The notes beneath the pieces are model-generated. The model saw nothing but the letters and a program-made list of their open reading frames with translations, was not told where the DNA came from and made no database searches. Shown here piece after piece: positions 38,753 to 48,205 of a DNA stretch of 64,000 nucleotides. How positions within the stretch are numbered: position 1 is the stretch's first letter; each line of letters begins with the position of its first letter. The position numbers were made by a program, and so were the translations under genes. The stretch covers positions 128,001 through 192,000 of the forward strand of contig MTLP01000042.1 in NCBI GenBank assembly GCA_002009975.1. The letters run 5' to 3'. Source of the DNA: Thermococcus sp. JdFR-02 (GTDB lineage: Archaea; Methanobacteriota_B; Thermococci; Thermococcales; Thermococcaceae).

Positions 38753-40077
38753 TCAAGCTCTTCAGCAAATTTTGGACTCTCTTCAACTTCAATTCCTTTA
38801 TTTAGCATTTCTCTTAAGTCTTTCTCTGGTTCTGTTGTTAGTTTTAAGTCAAACTCCTTTTTAAGAATGTCAAAGATTCCTGGTGTCAGAAACTCTGGGG
38901 GTCTTGGACCAATATAAATTCCCTTGACTCCCAAATAGAGCAAAGTGTAAAGTATTCCAATTGCTTTTTGCTCCATCCATGAAAGGACTATTGAAACTGG
39001 TAGTGAATTTACATCAGTTCCAAATTCCTGAGCTAAAGCTAAGGCTATCTGTACGATTGAATAGACATTATTACACTGACCGAAGTCAAGGAATCTTGGA
39101 ATGCCTTCTATTGTTCCATAATCCCTTGCATTATACCTGAACTTTCCACATGCAGCACTTAATATTATAGCGTCCTCTGGGATAAGTGATGTTAGCTTCT
39201 CATAGTAGCTCATCTTTGGATCAGGTGTATCACATCCACCGATAACAAATATGTGTCTAATCTTGCCCTCTTGGATTAATTCAATAAGCTTATCCTTCAT
39301 GGCTAATATGTTTGTGTGATGGAATCCTGTGAGAAGTTTTCCTCCCTCTTTTCTCTCCATTTTTGGTGTTTTCAAAGCCCTCTTTATTAATGGTTCAAAG
39401 TTGTAATCCTCTATATGTGGAACTCCTTCAAGACCCGCTATGCCAACGGTAAAGATTCTATCTGCATAGGCTCTTGTTGGTTGCTGTACACAGTTGCTTG
39501 TGCCCAAAATAACTCCTGGGAACTCCATAAATTCCTTCTTCTGGTGTAACCAACTTCCACCCCAATTTGCCACAAGATGATCGAACTTCTTAAATTCAGG
39601 ATATGCATGGGCAGGAAACATCTCTGCATGGGTGTAAATTTTTATGTTAGTTCCTTCTGTTTGCTTTAAAAGCTCATAGAGAGCTTTGTAACTGTGTCCC
39701 GTTACCAAAACACCATATCCTTTTTCTGTTCCTGTCGAAACCCAAGTGGGCTCCGGTCTTCCAAACGTTTCTACATATGCCCTATCCAGAAGTTTCATGG
39801 CTTCAAGATGAATTCTACCATTTTCAAGTATTAATTCCAAGAATCTATTCTTATTGAAGTTAACGTTAGTTAATGTCGAATACAGAGCTTCAGCCAAAAA
39901 ATGCCCGATTTCCTCATTATCATAACCAACTTCCAAAGCATGGTAATAATAAGCGGCTGTTCCTTTAATTCCATACAACAAAGCTTCTTGAAGAGCATTT
40001 AAATCAGGATCTTTTCCACATACTCCTTGAATCTTACATCCTCCAACCAAACTCATAGAGCATTGATTACATAGCAT
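38749..40077 (-). CDS. hcp: hybrid cluster protein (short, hyperthermophile-type)
   Basis: CNQC..GC..GVCGK, VTGH, YTHAEM, SNC, GGCD, ACGK, GQCN, WMEQKA. Confidence 0.95.
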   Translation of the reverse strand: MLCNQCSMSLVGGCKIQGVCGKDPDLNALQEALLYGIKGTAAYYYHALEVGYDNEEIGHFLAEALYSTLTNVNFNKNRFLELILENGRIHLEAMKLLDRAYVETFGRPEPTWVSTGTEKGYGVLVTGHSYKALYELLKQTEGTNIKIYTHAEMFPAHAYPEFKKFDHLVANWGGSWLHQKKEFMEFPGVILGTSNCVQQPTRAYADRIFTVGIAGLEGVPHIEDYNFEPLIKRALKTPKMERKEGGKLLTGFHHTNILAMKDKLIELIQEGKIRHIFVIGGCDTPDPKMSYYEKLTSLIPEDAIILSAACGKFRYNARDYGTIEGIPRFLDFGQCNNVYSIVQIALALAQEFGTDVNSLPVSIVLSWMEQKAIGILYTLLYLGVKGIYIGPRPPEFLTPGIFDILKKEFDLKLTTEPEKDLREMLNKGIEVEESPKFAEELD

Positions 40078-40095
40078 CTTTTACACCTCCTTATT

Positions 40096-40111
40096 TATGA
40101 CGCGTGTCATA
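40096..40111. promoter_or_regulatory. operator TATGACGCGTGTCATA
   Basis: Same palindrome upstream of the hcp RBS. Confidence 0.85.
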
Positions 40112-40286
40112 TGTGCGATATTATTTATTGCTCATTTAGTATAAAAGCATTTCCATTGTTTAACCTAAAAACAAAATTTTGCATTATAAATTAGGAGAAA
40201 ACGTAATAGTTATATTAATATTTTATCACCATGTGTTACATATTTTCGCAAAAATCCAATTATGAAAAATTTTTCATTAATTTTTC

Positions 40287-40302
40287 TATGACAAGCGTCA
40301 TA
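40287..40302. promoter_or_regulatory. operator TATGACAAGCGTCATA
   Basis: Same palindrome mid-way in the hcp/regulator intergenic region. Confidence 0.8.
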
Positions 40303-40431
40303 ACAAGAAAAAGAGGCGAGCATACCTTTAGTTATTACAAAAAACAATTTGCAAAAAAGTAACAAAGGGATACAATCGTCAAACTTATGTCCATACCAAT
40401 AAACTCATATGAGAGTGTCGAAACCCTTATA

Positions 40432-40447
40432 TATACCACATGTCATA
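40432..40447. promoter_or_regulatory. degenerate operator TATACCACATGTCATA
   Basis: Two mismatches; overlaps the TATA-to-start region of the regulator gene. Confidence 0.6.
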
Positions 40448-40457
40448 AAAATACTCC

Positions 40458-40853
40458 ATGAAAGTTACAGCCTTTGAAGTTGCATCTCGTTATGTTTACC
40501 CCTCATTGAGGAGAAGGTTAGTGGAGATTTTGTACAAAGAACATAAATTAAGCCAAGTAAAGGTTGCGGAGCTTCTGCACATAACCCAACCAGCTGTTTC
40601 AAGGTATTTGAAAATGGACAGAGGAGCCTTGGTGGATGTAAAAAAATTCAAGGATATAGATGAGAAACTTAAAGAGTTGGCAAAAAAAGTGCTTGAAGAA
40701 AACCTAAATGAGTATGAAATTCATTCTGAATTAGTTAGGATTTCTCTTGAAATGCTTGGAAAAGGTTACATATGTTCATTTCATGAAAAAATAGACAAAG
40801 AAATTGATCCCAAAAAGTGCAACATCTGCATTTCCCTCTTTGAAAAATTTTGA
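40458..40853 (+). CDS. HTH transcriptional regulator with C-terminal Cys/His motif
   Basis: LSQVKVAELLHITQPAVSRYL HTH; ICSFH...KKCNIC. Confidence 0.88.
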   Translation: MKVTAFEVASRYVYPSLRRRLVEILYKEHKLSQVKVAELLHITQPAVSRYLKMDRGALVDVKKFKDIDEKLKELAKKVLEENLNEYEIHSELVRISLEMLGKGYICSFHEKIDKEIDPKKCNICISLFEKF

Positions 40854-40915
40854 TGAAAAACTCTTCATAAATTTCTTTTTAAACCCTTTTCTTTGACCTT
40901 ATCTTGGGTGAGAAA

Positions 40916-41260
40916 ATGGACGAGCTTGAGATGATTAGGAGAAAAAAGATGCTCGAATTGATGAAAAGAATGAGTGGAGTTAAAGTTGAGAGACCAAAGC
41001 CAAAGGCAGTAATTGAAGTTATAACTTCACCTACCTGTCCCTATTGCCCAATTGCACTTCAAATAGCAAGGGAAATAGCGAGAAAGTACAGAGGAGTAGA
41101 AGTTAGAGAGCTGAGCGTTGCAACTCCAGAAGGAAGAGAAAAAGCAATGAGGCATAACATCTTGGGGACTCCAACAATTTTGATTAATGATAGGGTTGAG
41201 TTCATAGGGGTTCCTTCACCAATAGAATTTGAAAGAAGGATAAAAGCCTATTTAAGCTAA
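40916..41260 (+). CDS. thioredoxin/glutaredoxin-like protein
   Basis: TCPYC, GTPTILIN. Confidence 0.9.
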   Translation: MDELEMIRRKKMLELMKRMSGVKVERPKPKAVIEVITSPTCPYCPIALQIAREIARKYRGVEVRELSVATPEGREKAMRHNILGTPTILINDRVEFIGVPSPIEFERRIKAYLS

Positions 41261-41487
41261 CCGCCACTTAAAACGGGCATTACTTTTATTTCATCCTCAT
41301 CTTTTATCAGATAATCGCCTTTTACTGGTCTTCCATTTACAATGATTATTTTGTCATGCAACTTGTCATAGTCTCTGATGATCCCTCTAAGTAACTCATC
41401 CACCGTTTTCGGCTCTTCAAGCTTTAAATAAACTTCATGGGCTTTAGCTAAGTGTGCCATACTCCCAATAAGCCTGACCTTGACCAT
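41257..41487 (-). CDS. MoaD/ThiS ubiquitin-like sulfur carrier
   Basis: IIVNG..DEDEIKVMPVLSGG, C-terminal GG. Confidence 0.9.
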   Translation of the reverse strand: MVKVRLIGSMAHLAKAHEVYLKLEEPKTVDELLRGIIRDYDKLHDKIIIVNGRPVKGDYLIKDEDEIKVMPVLSGG

Positions 41488-41603
41488 GATCATCACCACT
41501 ACAGATTGGTTAGGAGGTATTAAATAGTTTTTTGCAAATTACAAGTAGTGAATTTCATAATCGAGATCAAAGAGCATTGAGAAAAGTAAAAAGATAAAAG
41601 AAC

Positions 41604-43463
41604 TCATTCAAGCTTTGTAACCTTCTCAAGCTCTGGGATAACGTAGTCCAAGTTAAGCTCTTTGAGTGTCTCCTTCTTTGGAATACCTCTCTCATCCCAT
41701 CCTCTAAGCTTGTAGTACTCTGAAAGCAAGGCATCGTACTTGTCTTCCTCTAAGTGTGATCCCTTTAGTTTTCCGCTCTTTAAGCTCTCGACAAACCATC
41801 TCTTTGGTGGATAGTCCATCTTCCTATCCCAGTTGCCGTTGAATTCTCTAACCCAGTAAGCCCTTATAAGAGCATAAACCCTATCTGCTGCTTTGTAGAG
41901 GTCGTCCCATGTGTACTTAACCCCAGTAATTGCTTCTAAGAACTTTGGATACCACTCTAATGTTAATCCTATTTCTACCCATGGTAACCTACAAGCGGTA
42001 AGCATCTCGAAGAGTCCGCCTCTAAGTCTTTGCAACTCAATAACCTTTGCTGCCTTCTCTGGATCGTAGGTTATCTTGTACTCAACTTCCTTCTTTTGCT
42101 CTCCTTCAATTGGTGCTGTTCCGATTTCCCATGCAATTACCCAAGCTTCCTTGTGGTGAGCACCAATTGATGATGTTGCAAATGCCAATGCCATTGCTGG
42201 GTAGGCAAAACAGTTGTAACCACTAACCTCTAAGCCCTTAACATGCATTGCAAACTCTTCGCCGCCGATCTTTTGTGATGCCCTCATTACTCCCTCAGCT
42301 AAGAGGCTTCCAAGTTCTCCTCTTCTATAAGCAATGTCCAAGGCAAGTTCCTTAGCCTTCTTATAGTCACCAAAGTGTATTCCATCATCTAATAATCCCT
42401 TTTCAGTTGCTTCCATTGCAAATGCCAAGACACCACCCAATGAAATCGTATCCATACCCATTTGGTCAGCTATTCTGTTTAGTACAGAAACTCTGTTTAG
42501 GTTAGCTATTCCTAAGTTTGAACCAAGTAAAGCAACGTTTTCATAGTCAAGTTCACTTTCTTGAGCCTCTGCATCCAAAACTACGTTACCACATTGCATG
42601 TTACAGTAGGGACAGCCTCTTCTATCAACCTTCATACCCTCTAGAGTGTAACCATCAATTGTTCTCGCAAACTCGAAGTATCCATCACTAAAGTTCCTTG
42701 TTGGTAAAGCACCATTTTCTTGTGTCCATTCAACAGCTGCCATTGTTCCTTGCCTAATCCAGAAGTCATAGGCTGGCTTTTCTTGTATCTCATTAAACGC
42801 TTCCTTTGAATACTCCATAAGCTTCTTCTTGTCAGCAACTGGGATTTCCTTTGTACCCTTAATCACAACAGCTTTTAGGTTCTTGCTTCCCATCACTGCA
42901 CCCATTCCAGGTCTTCCACCGGCTCTACCCTCTTGGGAGATAATAACAGCAAATTTAACTAAATTCTCACCAGCAGGACCTATGCTTAGAATTCCTACAT
43001 TTTTGCCATGAACTTCCTTCAATTTTCTCTCGGTTTCAAAAGTATCCAGTCCCCATAGCCCCTCTGCACTTAAAATGCTAACATTGTCATTTTCGACATA
43101 AACATAGACTGGTTTCTTTGCTTTACCCTCAATAACGATTGCATCATAACCAGCTTTTCTTAAGTGAACAGTTGCCATAGTTCCTAAGTTACCATCACCA
43201 TAACCATTTGTTAATGGACTTTTAGCTGCAACCACTAATTTTCCACCACTCGGTGTTGGGAGACCGTTGAACGGTCCAGCAGCAAAGATTAACTTATTTT
43301 CTGGGCTTAATGGATCAACACCCTTAACTTCATCCCAAAGAATCTTTATGGCTAAACCTCTACCACCTATAAATTGTTGGGCAATGTCTGGAGAATATTC
43401 TTGCACCCACGTTTTGTTGTTGGTTAAATCAACTCTTAAAATTCTTCCCCACCAGCCTTTCAT
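41604..43463 (-). CDS. for: tungsten-containing formaldehyde:ferredoxin oxidoreductase
   Basis: [42 protein letters not shown]; closely resembles Pyrococcus FOR. Confidence 0.92.
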   Translation of the reverse strand: MKGWWGRILRVDLTNNKTWVQEYSPDIAQQFIGGRGLAIKILWDEVKGVDPLSPENKLIFAAGPFNGLPTPSGGKLVVAAKSPLTNGYGDGNLGTMATVHLRKAGYDAIVIEGKAKKPVYVYVENDNVSILSAEGLWGLDTFETERKLKEVHGKNVGILSIGPAGENLVKFAVIISQEGRAGGRPGMGAVMGSKNLKAVVIKGTKEIPVADKKKLMEYSKEAFNEIQEKPAYDFWIRQGTMAAVEWTQENGALPTRNFSDGYFEFARTIDGYTLEGMKVDRRGCPYCNMQCGNVVLDAEAQESELDYENVALLGSNLGIANLNRVSVLNRIADQMGMDTISLGGVLAFAMEATEKGLLDDGIHFGDYKKAKELALDIAYRRGELGSLLAEGVMRASQKIGGEEFAMHVKGLEVSGYNCFAYPAMALAFATSSIGAHHKEAWVIAWEIGTAPIEGEQKKEVEYKITYDPEKAAKVIELQRLRGGLFEMLTACRLPWVEIGLTLEWYPKFLEAITGVKYTWDDLYKAADRVYALIRAYWVREFNGNWDRKMDYPPKRWFVESLKSGKLKGSHLEEDKYDALLSEYYKLRGWDERGIPKKETLKELNLDYVIPELEKVTKLE

Positions 43464-43787
43464 AGAAACCACCATATTTCATAAAGATGAAATTCTATAA
43501 AAGCTTTGAGTTCACAAAAATCTTTACCCTCCTAAATTATTGAAAACAGCAATGTTTAACGATTTTTAACAAGTAACTTTTCTTGTTTATCAAAAATTTT
43601 CGAAGAATTTACACCATATAAAAGCCTTAACGAATAGATTACATTCATTAATGTCCAAAGTCGAACAAGAAAAATCAAAAACAAATAATAAAGATCTTGC
43701 TATTTTTGAGATGATTGTTTGACTCTACTCTTCTAACTGTTTGAAGGAAAAATTTAAATACATATAATGGAAAAGCAATGATGATGG

Positions 43788-43910
43788 ATGATAGTTGGAA
43801 TTGCCTGGAAAGTGGCCAAAATTGTTGGAAGTGTTTTGTTATGTGTAAGTAGTGTAGTAGACATCCCATACTGCTGTGAAAGGGAGGTAATGTATTGTTC
43901 AAGTCTTTGA
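43788..43910 (+). CDS. possible 40-aa Cys-rich peptide MIVGIAWKVAKIVGSVLLCVSSVVDIPYCCEREVMYCSSL
   Basis: Translated by hand; TTTAAATA ~30 nt upstream; terminal YCSSL* codons recur synonymously at 43964-43981; no RBS. Confidence 0.3.
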   Translation: MIVGIAWKVAKIVGSVLLCVSSVVDIPYCCEREVMYCSSL

Positions 43911-43993
43911 AGGGGGTTGAACTTAATGAAGATATCTAAAAATAATCTACTTTTTTCATATATTATTGCTCAAGTCTATAAGGGGGAATAGAA

Positions 43994-44347
43994 ATGAAAG
44001 TAGAAGAGTCAAGATTTTTGAAGTTTGTTCTTCTTTATTATCTTTTCTTTTTTGTTATTGATGTCATCATGTATTTCAGTGGAGTAATGCATGACACCAG
44101 ATTACTTATCTCAGCCCCACTAATTTTGTTGATAGGTGTTGGGGCGCATTTTTTTGCTAGAGGAAGCAGCAAAGGGAGATATTTGGCTTATGCCTCCTTA
44201 GCTCTCTTAATCTTAATAACAGTATATAGCAACATAACAGCACCAAAAGAAAATCCATATAATGACTGGATAGGCGTGATAATTTTAGCTGGCTTATTGT
44301 ATGAAGTTGAGAAGCGAGTAAAGGAGCGTGAGAAAAATAAAAGATAG
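43994..44347 (+). CDS. hypothetical four-TM membrane protein
   Basis: Four hydrophobic segments, AGGGGG RBS. Confidence 0.75.
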   Translation: MKVEESRFLKFVLLYYLFFFVIDVIMYFSGVMHDTRLLISAPLILLIGVGAHFFARGSSKGRYLAYASLALLILITVYSNITAPKENPYNDWIGVIILAGLLYEVEKRVKEREKNKR

Positions 44348-44424
44348 TGTTAAATGTGACTAATTAACAAACACCGTAGATAACCTCAATTATTTTATAT
44401 ATCTACAGCGAACATAATAATGTC

Positions 44425-45474
44425 ATGATATGGTTTAGGCGGATTAATATTGATGAGATAGAGAGTGCTAAAAGGGCATTGCCACATTATTTTGCAATCC
44501 TTAAGGGAGATGAAAAGCCGAACTTCTTTTATGCAAAGCAAGTTGAGGTTAGCTTTGATGAAAGCTTCTCATTTGAAGAGCTTTGGAATATCCATGAGGA
44601 GGGAATGAAAAAGCTAAAAGAAGGCGAGTTCATTGAAAATCCAGAGCAAAGTCTCTTAGATTTAAAAGCTGTCATAGCAGACAAAATCCTTGAGAAGTGT
44701 GAACTTTGTGAGATTAAATGCAATGTGAACAGAAAGAATGATATTGGATATTGTAGGGTTGGGGAAAGCTTAGTTGCAAGTGACTTTTTGCATTTAGGCG
44801 AAGAGCCTGAATTAGTGCCATCTTACACGATTTTCTTTAGCGGATGTAACTTTAGATGTGTATTTTGTCAGAACTGGGATATAAGTCAATACAGAGTTGG
44901 AATTAGTTATTTGCCCAAAGAGATGGCAACTAAGATAATGGTGGCATTTGCAAAAGGTGCAAAGAATGTTAACTTCGTCGGTGGAGAGCCGACACCAAAT
45001 TTGCCTTTTATTCTTAAAACGCTCCGTTTTGTTAAAACACCAATTCCAGTTGTCTGGAACTCCAACATGTACATGAGCGAAAAATCAATGAAACTTTTGG
45101 ATGGAGTGGTTGACGTTTATTTAGGTGATTTTAAGTGGGGAAATAATGACTGTGCATTAAAGTACTCAAAAGCTCCAGGATATTGGGAGATTATAACGAG
45201 GAACTATCTCTTAGCTAAAGATCACTATAAAGCAGAGTTTTTGATAAGGCATTTGGTGATACCAACCCACTTAGAGTGCTGCACAAAGCCAATTTTAAAA
45301 TGGATAAGCGAGAATTTGGGAAAGGACGTTAGAGTGAACGTAATGTTCCAGTATAGACCAGAGTATAAAGCTGGGGAATACAAAGAGATAGACAGGGGTT
45401 TGAATTATAATGAGATGAAAAGAGCGGCAGAACTTGTAAGGGAATTTGAACTAAGAAATGCCTTAGTGGGTTAA
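44425..45474 (+). CDS. PflX-like radical SAM protein
   Basis: CELCEIKC, HLGEEP, GCNFRCVFCQNWDIS, VWNSNMY, IRHLVIP. Confidence 0.9.
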   Translation: MIWFRRINIDEIESAKRALPHYFAILKGDEKPNFFYAKQVEVSFDESFSFEELWNIHEEGMKKLKEGEFIENPEQSLLDLKAVIADKILEKCELCEIKCNVNRKNDIGYCRVGESLVASDFLHLGEEPELVPSYTIFFSGCNFRCVFCQNWDISQYRVGISYLPKEMATKIMVAFAKGAKNVNFVGGEPTPNLPFILKTLRFVKTPIPVVWNSNMYMSEKSMKLLDGVVDVYLGDFKWGNNDCALKYSKAPGYWEIITRNYLLAKDHYKAEFLIRHLVIPTHLECCTKPILKWISENLGKDVRVNVMFQYRPEYKAGEYKEIDRGLNYNEMKRAAELVREFELRNALVG

Positions 45475-45484
45475 GTCTTCTCAG

Positions 45485-45694
45485 CTAGCCTCCAGCTCTC
45501 GCTTTCATTAGCTTTTCCATAACATTTCTAATCAGCACCTCATCCCCTTCAAGCACTACTTCATACCTCGGAATATTATAAAAGGTTCCAACATATTTTA
45601 TCGTCACTTTAAGACCTTCACACCCACCACATGCTTTTCTCACAAGTTCCATAAACTCCTCTGGAGGAATTGCAGTTGTAATTTTCTTTATCAT
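45485..45694 (-). CDS. small archaeal protein ending ARAGG (TIGR04140-like)
   Basis: 69 aa from ATG 45694 with GGTGTGG RBS; CGGC motif; the longer ORF call overlaps the opposite-strand gene. Confidence 0.7.
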   Translation of the reverse strand: MIKKITTAIPPEEFMELVRKACGGCEGLKVTIKYVGTFYNIPRYEVVLEGDEVLIRNVMEKLMKARAGG

Positions 45695-45864
45695 TTTCCA
45701 CACCTTCCTTTTGAACCGTTTCAGCCATTTTTCGCTAAATTGGGAGTAGTGACCCTTCACATAGAAGTATACGAACTTTTTATAGATTTGCATAAGCATT
45801 CCTCTTTTTGTTATTTCTTCTCTTTTTATCTTTTTTGAACCGAAAAATTTATAAAGTATAAGTA

Positions 45865-45890
45865 CATATGTAATATTGAACTTACATATG
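45865..45890. promoter_or_regulatory. inverted repeat CATATGTAA-N8-TTACATATG (operator)
   Basis: Perfect 9-bp inverted repeat between TATA and RBS of the 45906 gene. Confidence 0.7.
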
Positions 45891-45905
45891 AAGAGGTGAA
45901 TAAAC

Positions 45906-46373
45906 ATGTGGAAAAAGTTGTTTGGAATAGGATTGTTGGCTTTGGGTCTGTTTGGTTTAGTGTTTGGAGCAGTAGCAGCATACCAAGGAGAGCCTGGACC
46001 AAACCCAGAAATCGATAGAGAAATGATACCTGCCCAAGCTATGGGAATGAAAGGATATGGACACCATGGAGAAAGAGGAAAGCCCCAGTTCATGGGTTTA
46101 GGAGTTATGGGACAAAACCTTGAAGAAGTTAGCATAGAGGAAATTAGTGAAAAAGCTGAAGAAATTTTGAGCCAAGTAACAATTGAAGAGTTCACCAACC
46201 CAAGAGGTCTCACGATTCAAAAGCTCATCTATGATGGACAATATATCGGAAAAGTAGTTGGTGATTATGAGCTAAGTGAACTAAGCATCTATAAAGCCTT
46301 TGAAACACCAATGGGCATGAAAGTTTTCCTAAGCTATGAAGATCAGATAGTTGGATTCTTCCTAATAAAGTGA
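45906..46373 (+). CDS. secreted protein with Met/Gly/His-rich segment
   Basis: Signal peptide; MGMKGYGHHG; GAGGTGA RBS. Confidence 0.8.
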   Translation: MWKKLFGIGLLALGLFGLVFGAVAAYQGEPGPNPEIDREMIPAQAMGMKGYGHHGERGKPQFMGLGVMGQNLEEVSIEEISEKAEEILSQVTIEEFTNPRGLTIQKLIYDGQYIGKVVGDYELSELSIYKAFETPMGMKVFLSYEDQIVGFFLIK

Positions 46374-46518
46374 TTTTCCTCCCTCTCTTTTCAATTTTTA
46401 GGTGATAGAGAATGAGAATAATGGAGAAAATAAAGCTGATCATTTCATCCTTGGAATTTAGGACTAAGAAAAGTGAGAAGAGTATTCCTCTCATAATTTT
46501 AGCAAAGGAGGAACAAGA

Positions 46519-46689
46519 ATGAGAACATTTGAAGTCTTCTTTGGAAAGCCAAGTTTCGCTTTAATTGTAGGGATATTATTTACTTTGGCTGTGTTAGCTG
46601 GAATCTTTCTATTTCTAAAAGGTTATTTTGGAAAGGATGATGAATTCCCTAATGAATGTGAAAGTTGTGAGATGGAGGGATTGGAATGA
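46519..46689 (+). CDS. 56-aa single-TM protein with C-terminal CxxC: MRTFEVFFGKPSFALIVGILFTLAVLAGIFLFLKGYFGKDDEFPNECESCEMEGLE
   Basis: Translated by hand; GGAGG RBS; ATGA overlap with next gene. Confidence 0.75.
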   Translation: MRTFEVFFGKPSFALIVGILFTLAVLAGIFLFLKGYFGKDDEFPNECESCEMEGLE

Positions 46690-47336
46690 AAATTCCCAGA
46701 TGGGTAAGACCAATTTTAGATTTACTACTAACCATTGATTTTATAATAGAAGCACTATCAGGAATAGCCCTTTACTTAGCACCAAGTGGCAAAATAGCAG
46801 AGATTACAGAGTGGACTTTCCTAGGGCTAAACAAGGATATTTGGGAAGCTTTGCATATCTACTTTGGTTTTGCTATGATAGCGTTAGTTGCAATACATTT
46901 GTTCGTGAACTGGAATGCAATGATTTGTCTGCTTAGAGGCATGATAAAAAACAGGAAAACAAACAAGATAAGCGTTAAAAATGTCCTTGGAATAGCCATA
47001 GTTAACCTCTTACTTATAGGAGGGGCGATAATATATTCAATAAAAAGCCTAGAAAGTGAAAGTGATTATTACACATCGAGTGAATATGAAACAATATCCA
47101 ACACGACAGAAGAGATAGAGGTTACGGGAAGCATGTTAGAAACATTCACTATAGAAGAACTTGCTCAAGCATACAATATTTCAGCTGATAGACTAATAGA
47201 AATCTTGGAGAAAGACTATGGTATTAAAGCGTCAAAGGACGAACTTCTTGAGGTTGTCATGGCAAACAATGGATATGCAAGAGGAGATTTCAAATACATC
47301 CTTGAAGAAGCTATATTAAAAGCTAAGGAGGGCTAA
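46686..47336 (+). CDS. DUF4405 (cytochrome b-like) membrane protein
   Basis: LSGIALYLAP, WEALHIYFG..AIHLFVNW. Confidence 0.85.
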   Translation: MKIPRWVRPILDLLLTIDFIIEALSGIALYLAPSGKIAEITEWTFLGLNKDIWEALHIYFGFAMIALVAIHLFVNWNAMICLLRGMIKNRKTNKISVKNVLGIAIVNLLLIGGAIIYSIKSLESESDYYTSSEYETISNTTEEIEVTGSMLETFTIEELAQAYNISADRLIEILEKDYGIKASKDELLEVVMANNGYARGDFKYILEEAILKAKEG

Positions 47337-47338
47337 TC

Positions 47339-47563
47339 ATGCCTGGACCTTACTTTTCTTCCTCTTTCTATGAAGGATTTACAAAAACAGAGTATTTACT
47401 AATGATTTTTTGGCTAATATTGTTAGTTGTGTTTTTGCTTTCCTTTTGGCATTTAAGACAGAATATCAATGAAATAAAAGAAGAAATCAACAAAATTAGA
47501 CCAAAAATTGTTGAGCTTAATAGGGAGAGTAAGGAGATAGTGAAGATGCTTGAAGAGGTGTGA
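47339..47563 (+). CDS. TM-anchored coiled-coil small protein
   Basis: One TM plus heptads, ends LEEV; paralog of 47990-48190. Confidence 0.75.
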   Translation: MPGPYFSSSFYEGFTKTEYLLMIFWLILLVVFLLSFWHLRQNINEIKEEINKIRPKIVELNRESKEIVKMLEEV

Positions 47564-47689
47564 ATTAGCGAATTAAAAAGAAGTTCAAATTTTGAGTTGC
47601 TGTCCTCTTGCGTGCTTAGAAAACTTTTTATTTCCCTCTAACGACTCTTTATTTATGTAATTAACAGCTACCTTATGTAAGTGATAAAC

Positions 47690-47986
47690 ATGGTGAAAAC
47701 AATAAAAGAGCTCTCAACCATTGCAGAGGCATTAAGTTCTCCAATAAGGATTAGGATACTAAAGATGCTCGTTGAAAAGGAATGGTACGTTTATGAGTTA
47801 GCTAAAACTTTAAACATTTCCCGTCAGCTCTTATATCTTCATTTAAGAAAACTTGAAAAAGCAGGTTTAATAGAGAGTGAGCTTCGCCTAGAACCAAATG
47901 ATCCAAGAGCTAAAAAGTATTATAGGGCAAAGCCTTTTAGGATTATCATAGATAATGAGCTTATAAAAAACCTAAAGGAGGAGTGA
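47690..47986 (+). CDS. ArsR-family transcriptional regulator
   Basis: ALSSPIRIRIL, ISRQLLYLHLRKLEKAGLI, KYYR. Confidence 0.9.
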   Translation: MVKTIKELSTIAEALSSPIRIRILKMLVEKEWYVYELAKTLNISRQLLYLHLRKLEKAGLIESELRLEPNDPRAKKYYRAKPFRIIIDNELIKNLKEE

Positions 47987-47989
47987 AAG

Positions 47990-48190
47990 ATGGCACCCTA
48001 TGGTGGAACGCCAAACGGATGGGTTTCAATTGTTTTAGGGCTTATACTTCTCGCGATAGTTGTTTTTGCCTTCTGGAGCATGAACAAGACTATGAACGAA
48101 CTTAAGGTAGAGCTTAACAATTTAAGAAATGTCCTTGAGGAGACGAGAAAAAACACTGAAGAAGTAAAAAAGAAGCTTGAAGAGGTTTAA
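47990..48190 (+). CDS. TM-anchored coiled-coil small protein
   Basis: One TM plus heptads, ends LEEV. Confidence 0.78.
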   Translation: MAPYGGTPNGWVSIVLGLILLAIVVFAFWSMNKTMNELKVELNNLRNVLEETRKNTEEVKKKLEEV

Positions 48191-48205
48191 TTTGGAGGTT
48201 TAAAT

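Noticed and set aside
43778-43852. Alternative 24-aa Cys-rich ORF MMMDDSWNCLESGQNCWKCFVMCK as a RiPP substrate of the nearby rSAM
   Set aside because: No RBS or leader; the neighbouring rSAM is PflX-like with no RRE or SPASM domain
45695-46213. Long N-terminal part of the 242-aa minus-strand ORF
   Set aside because: Overlaps the promoter and the RBS-supported plus-strand gene at 45906; the real gene starts at 45694
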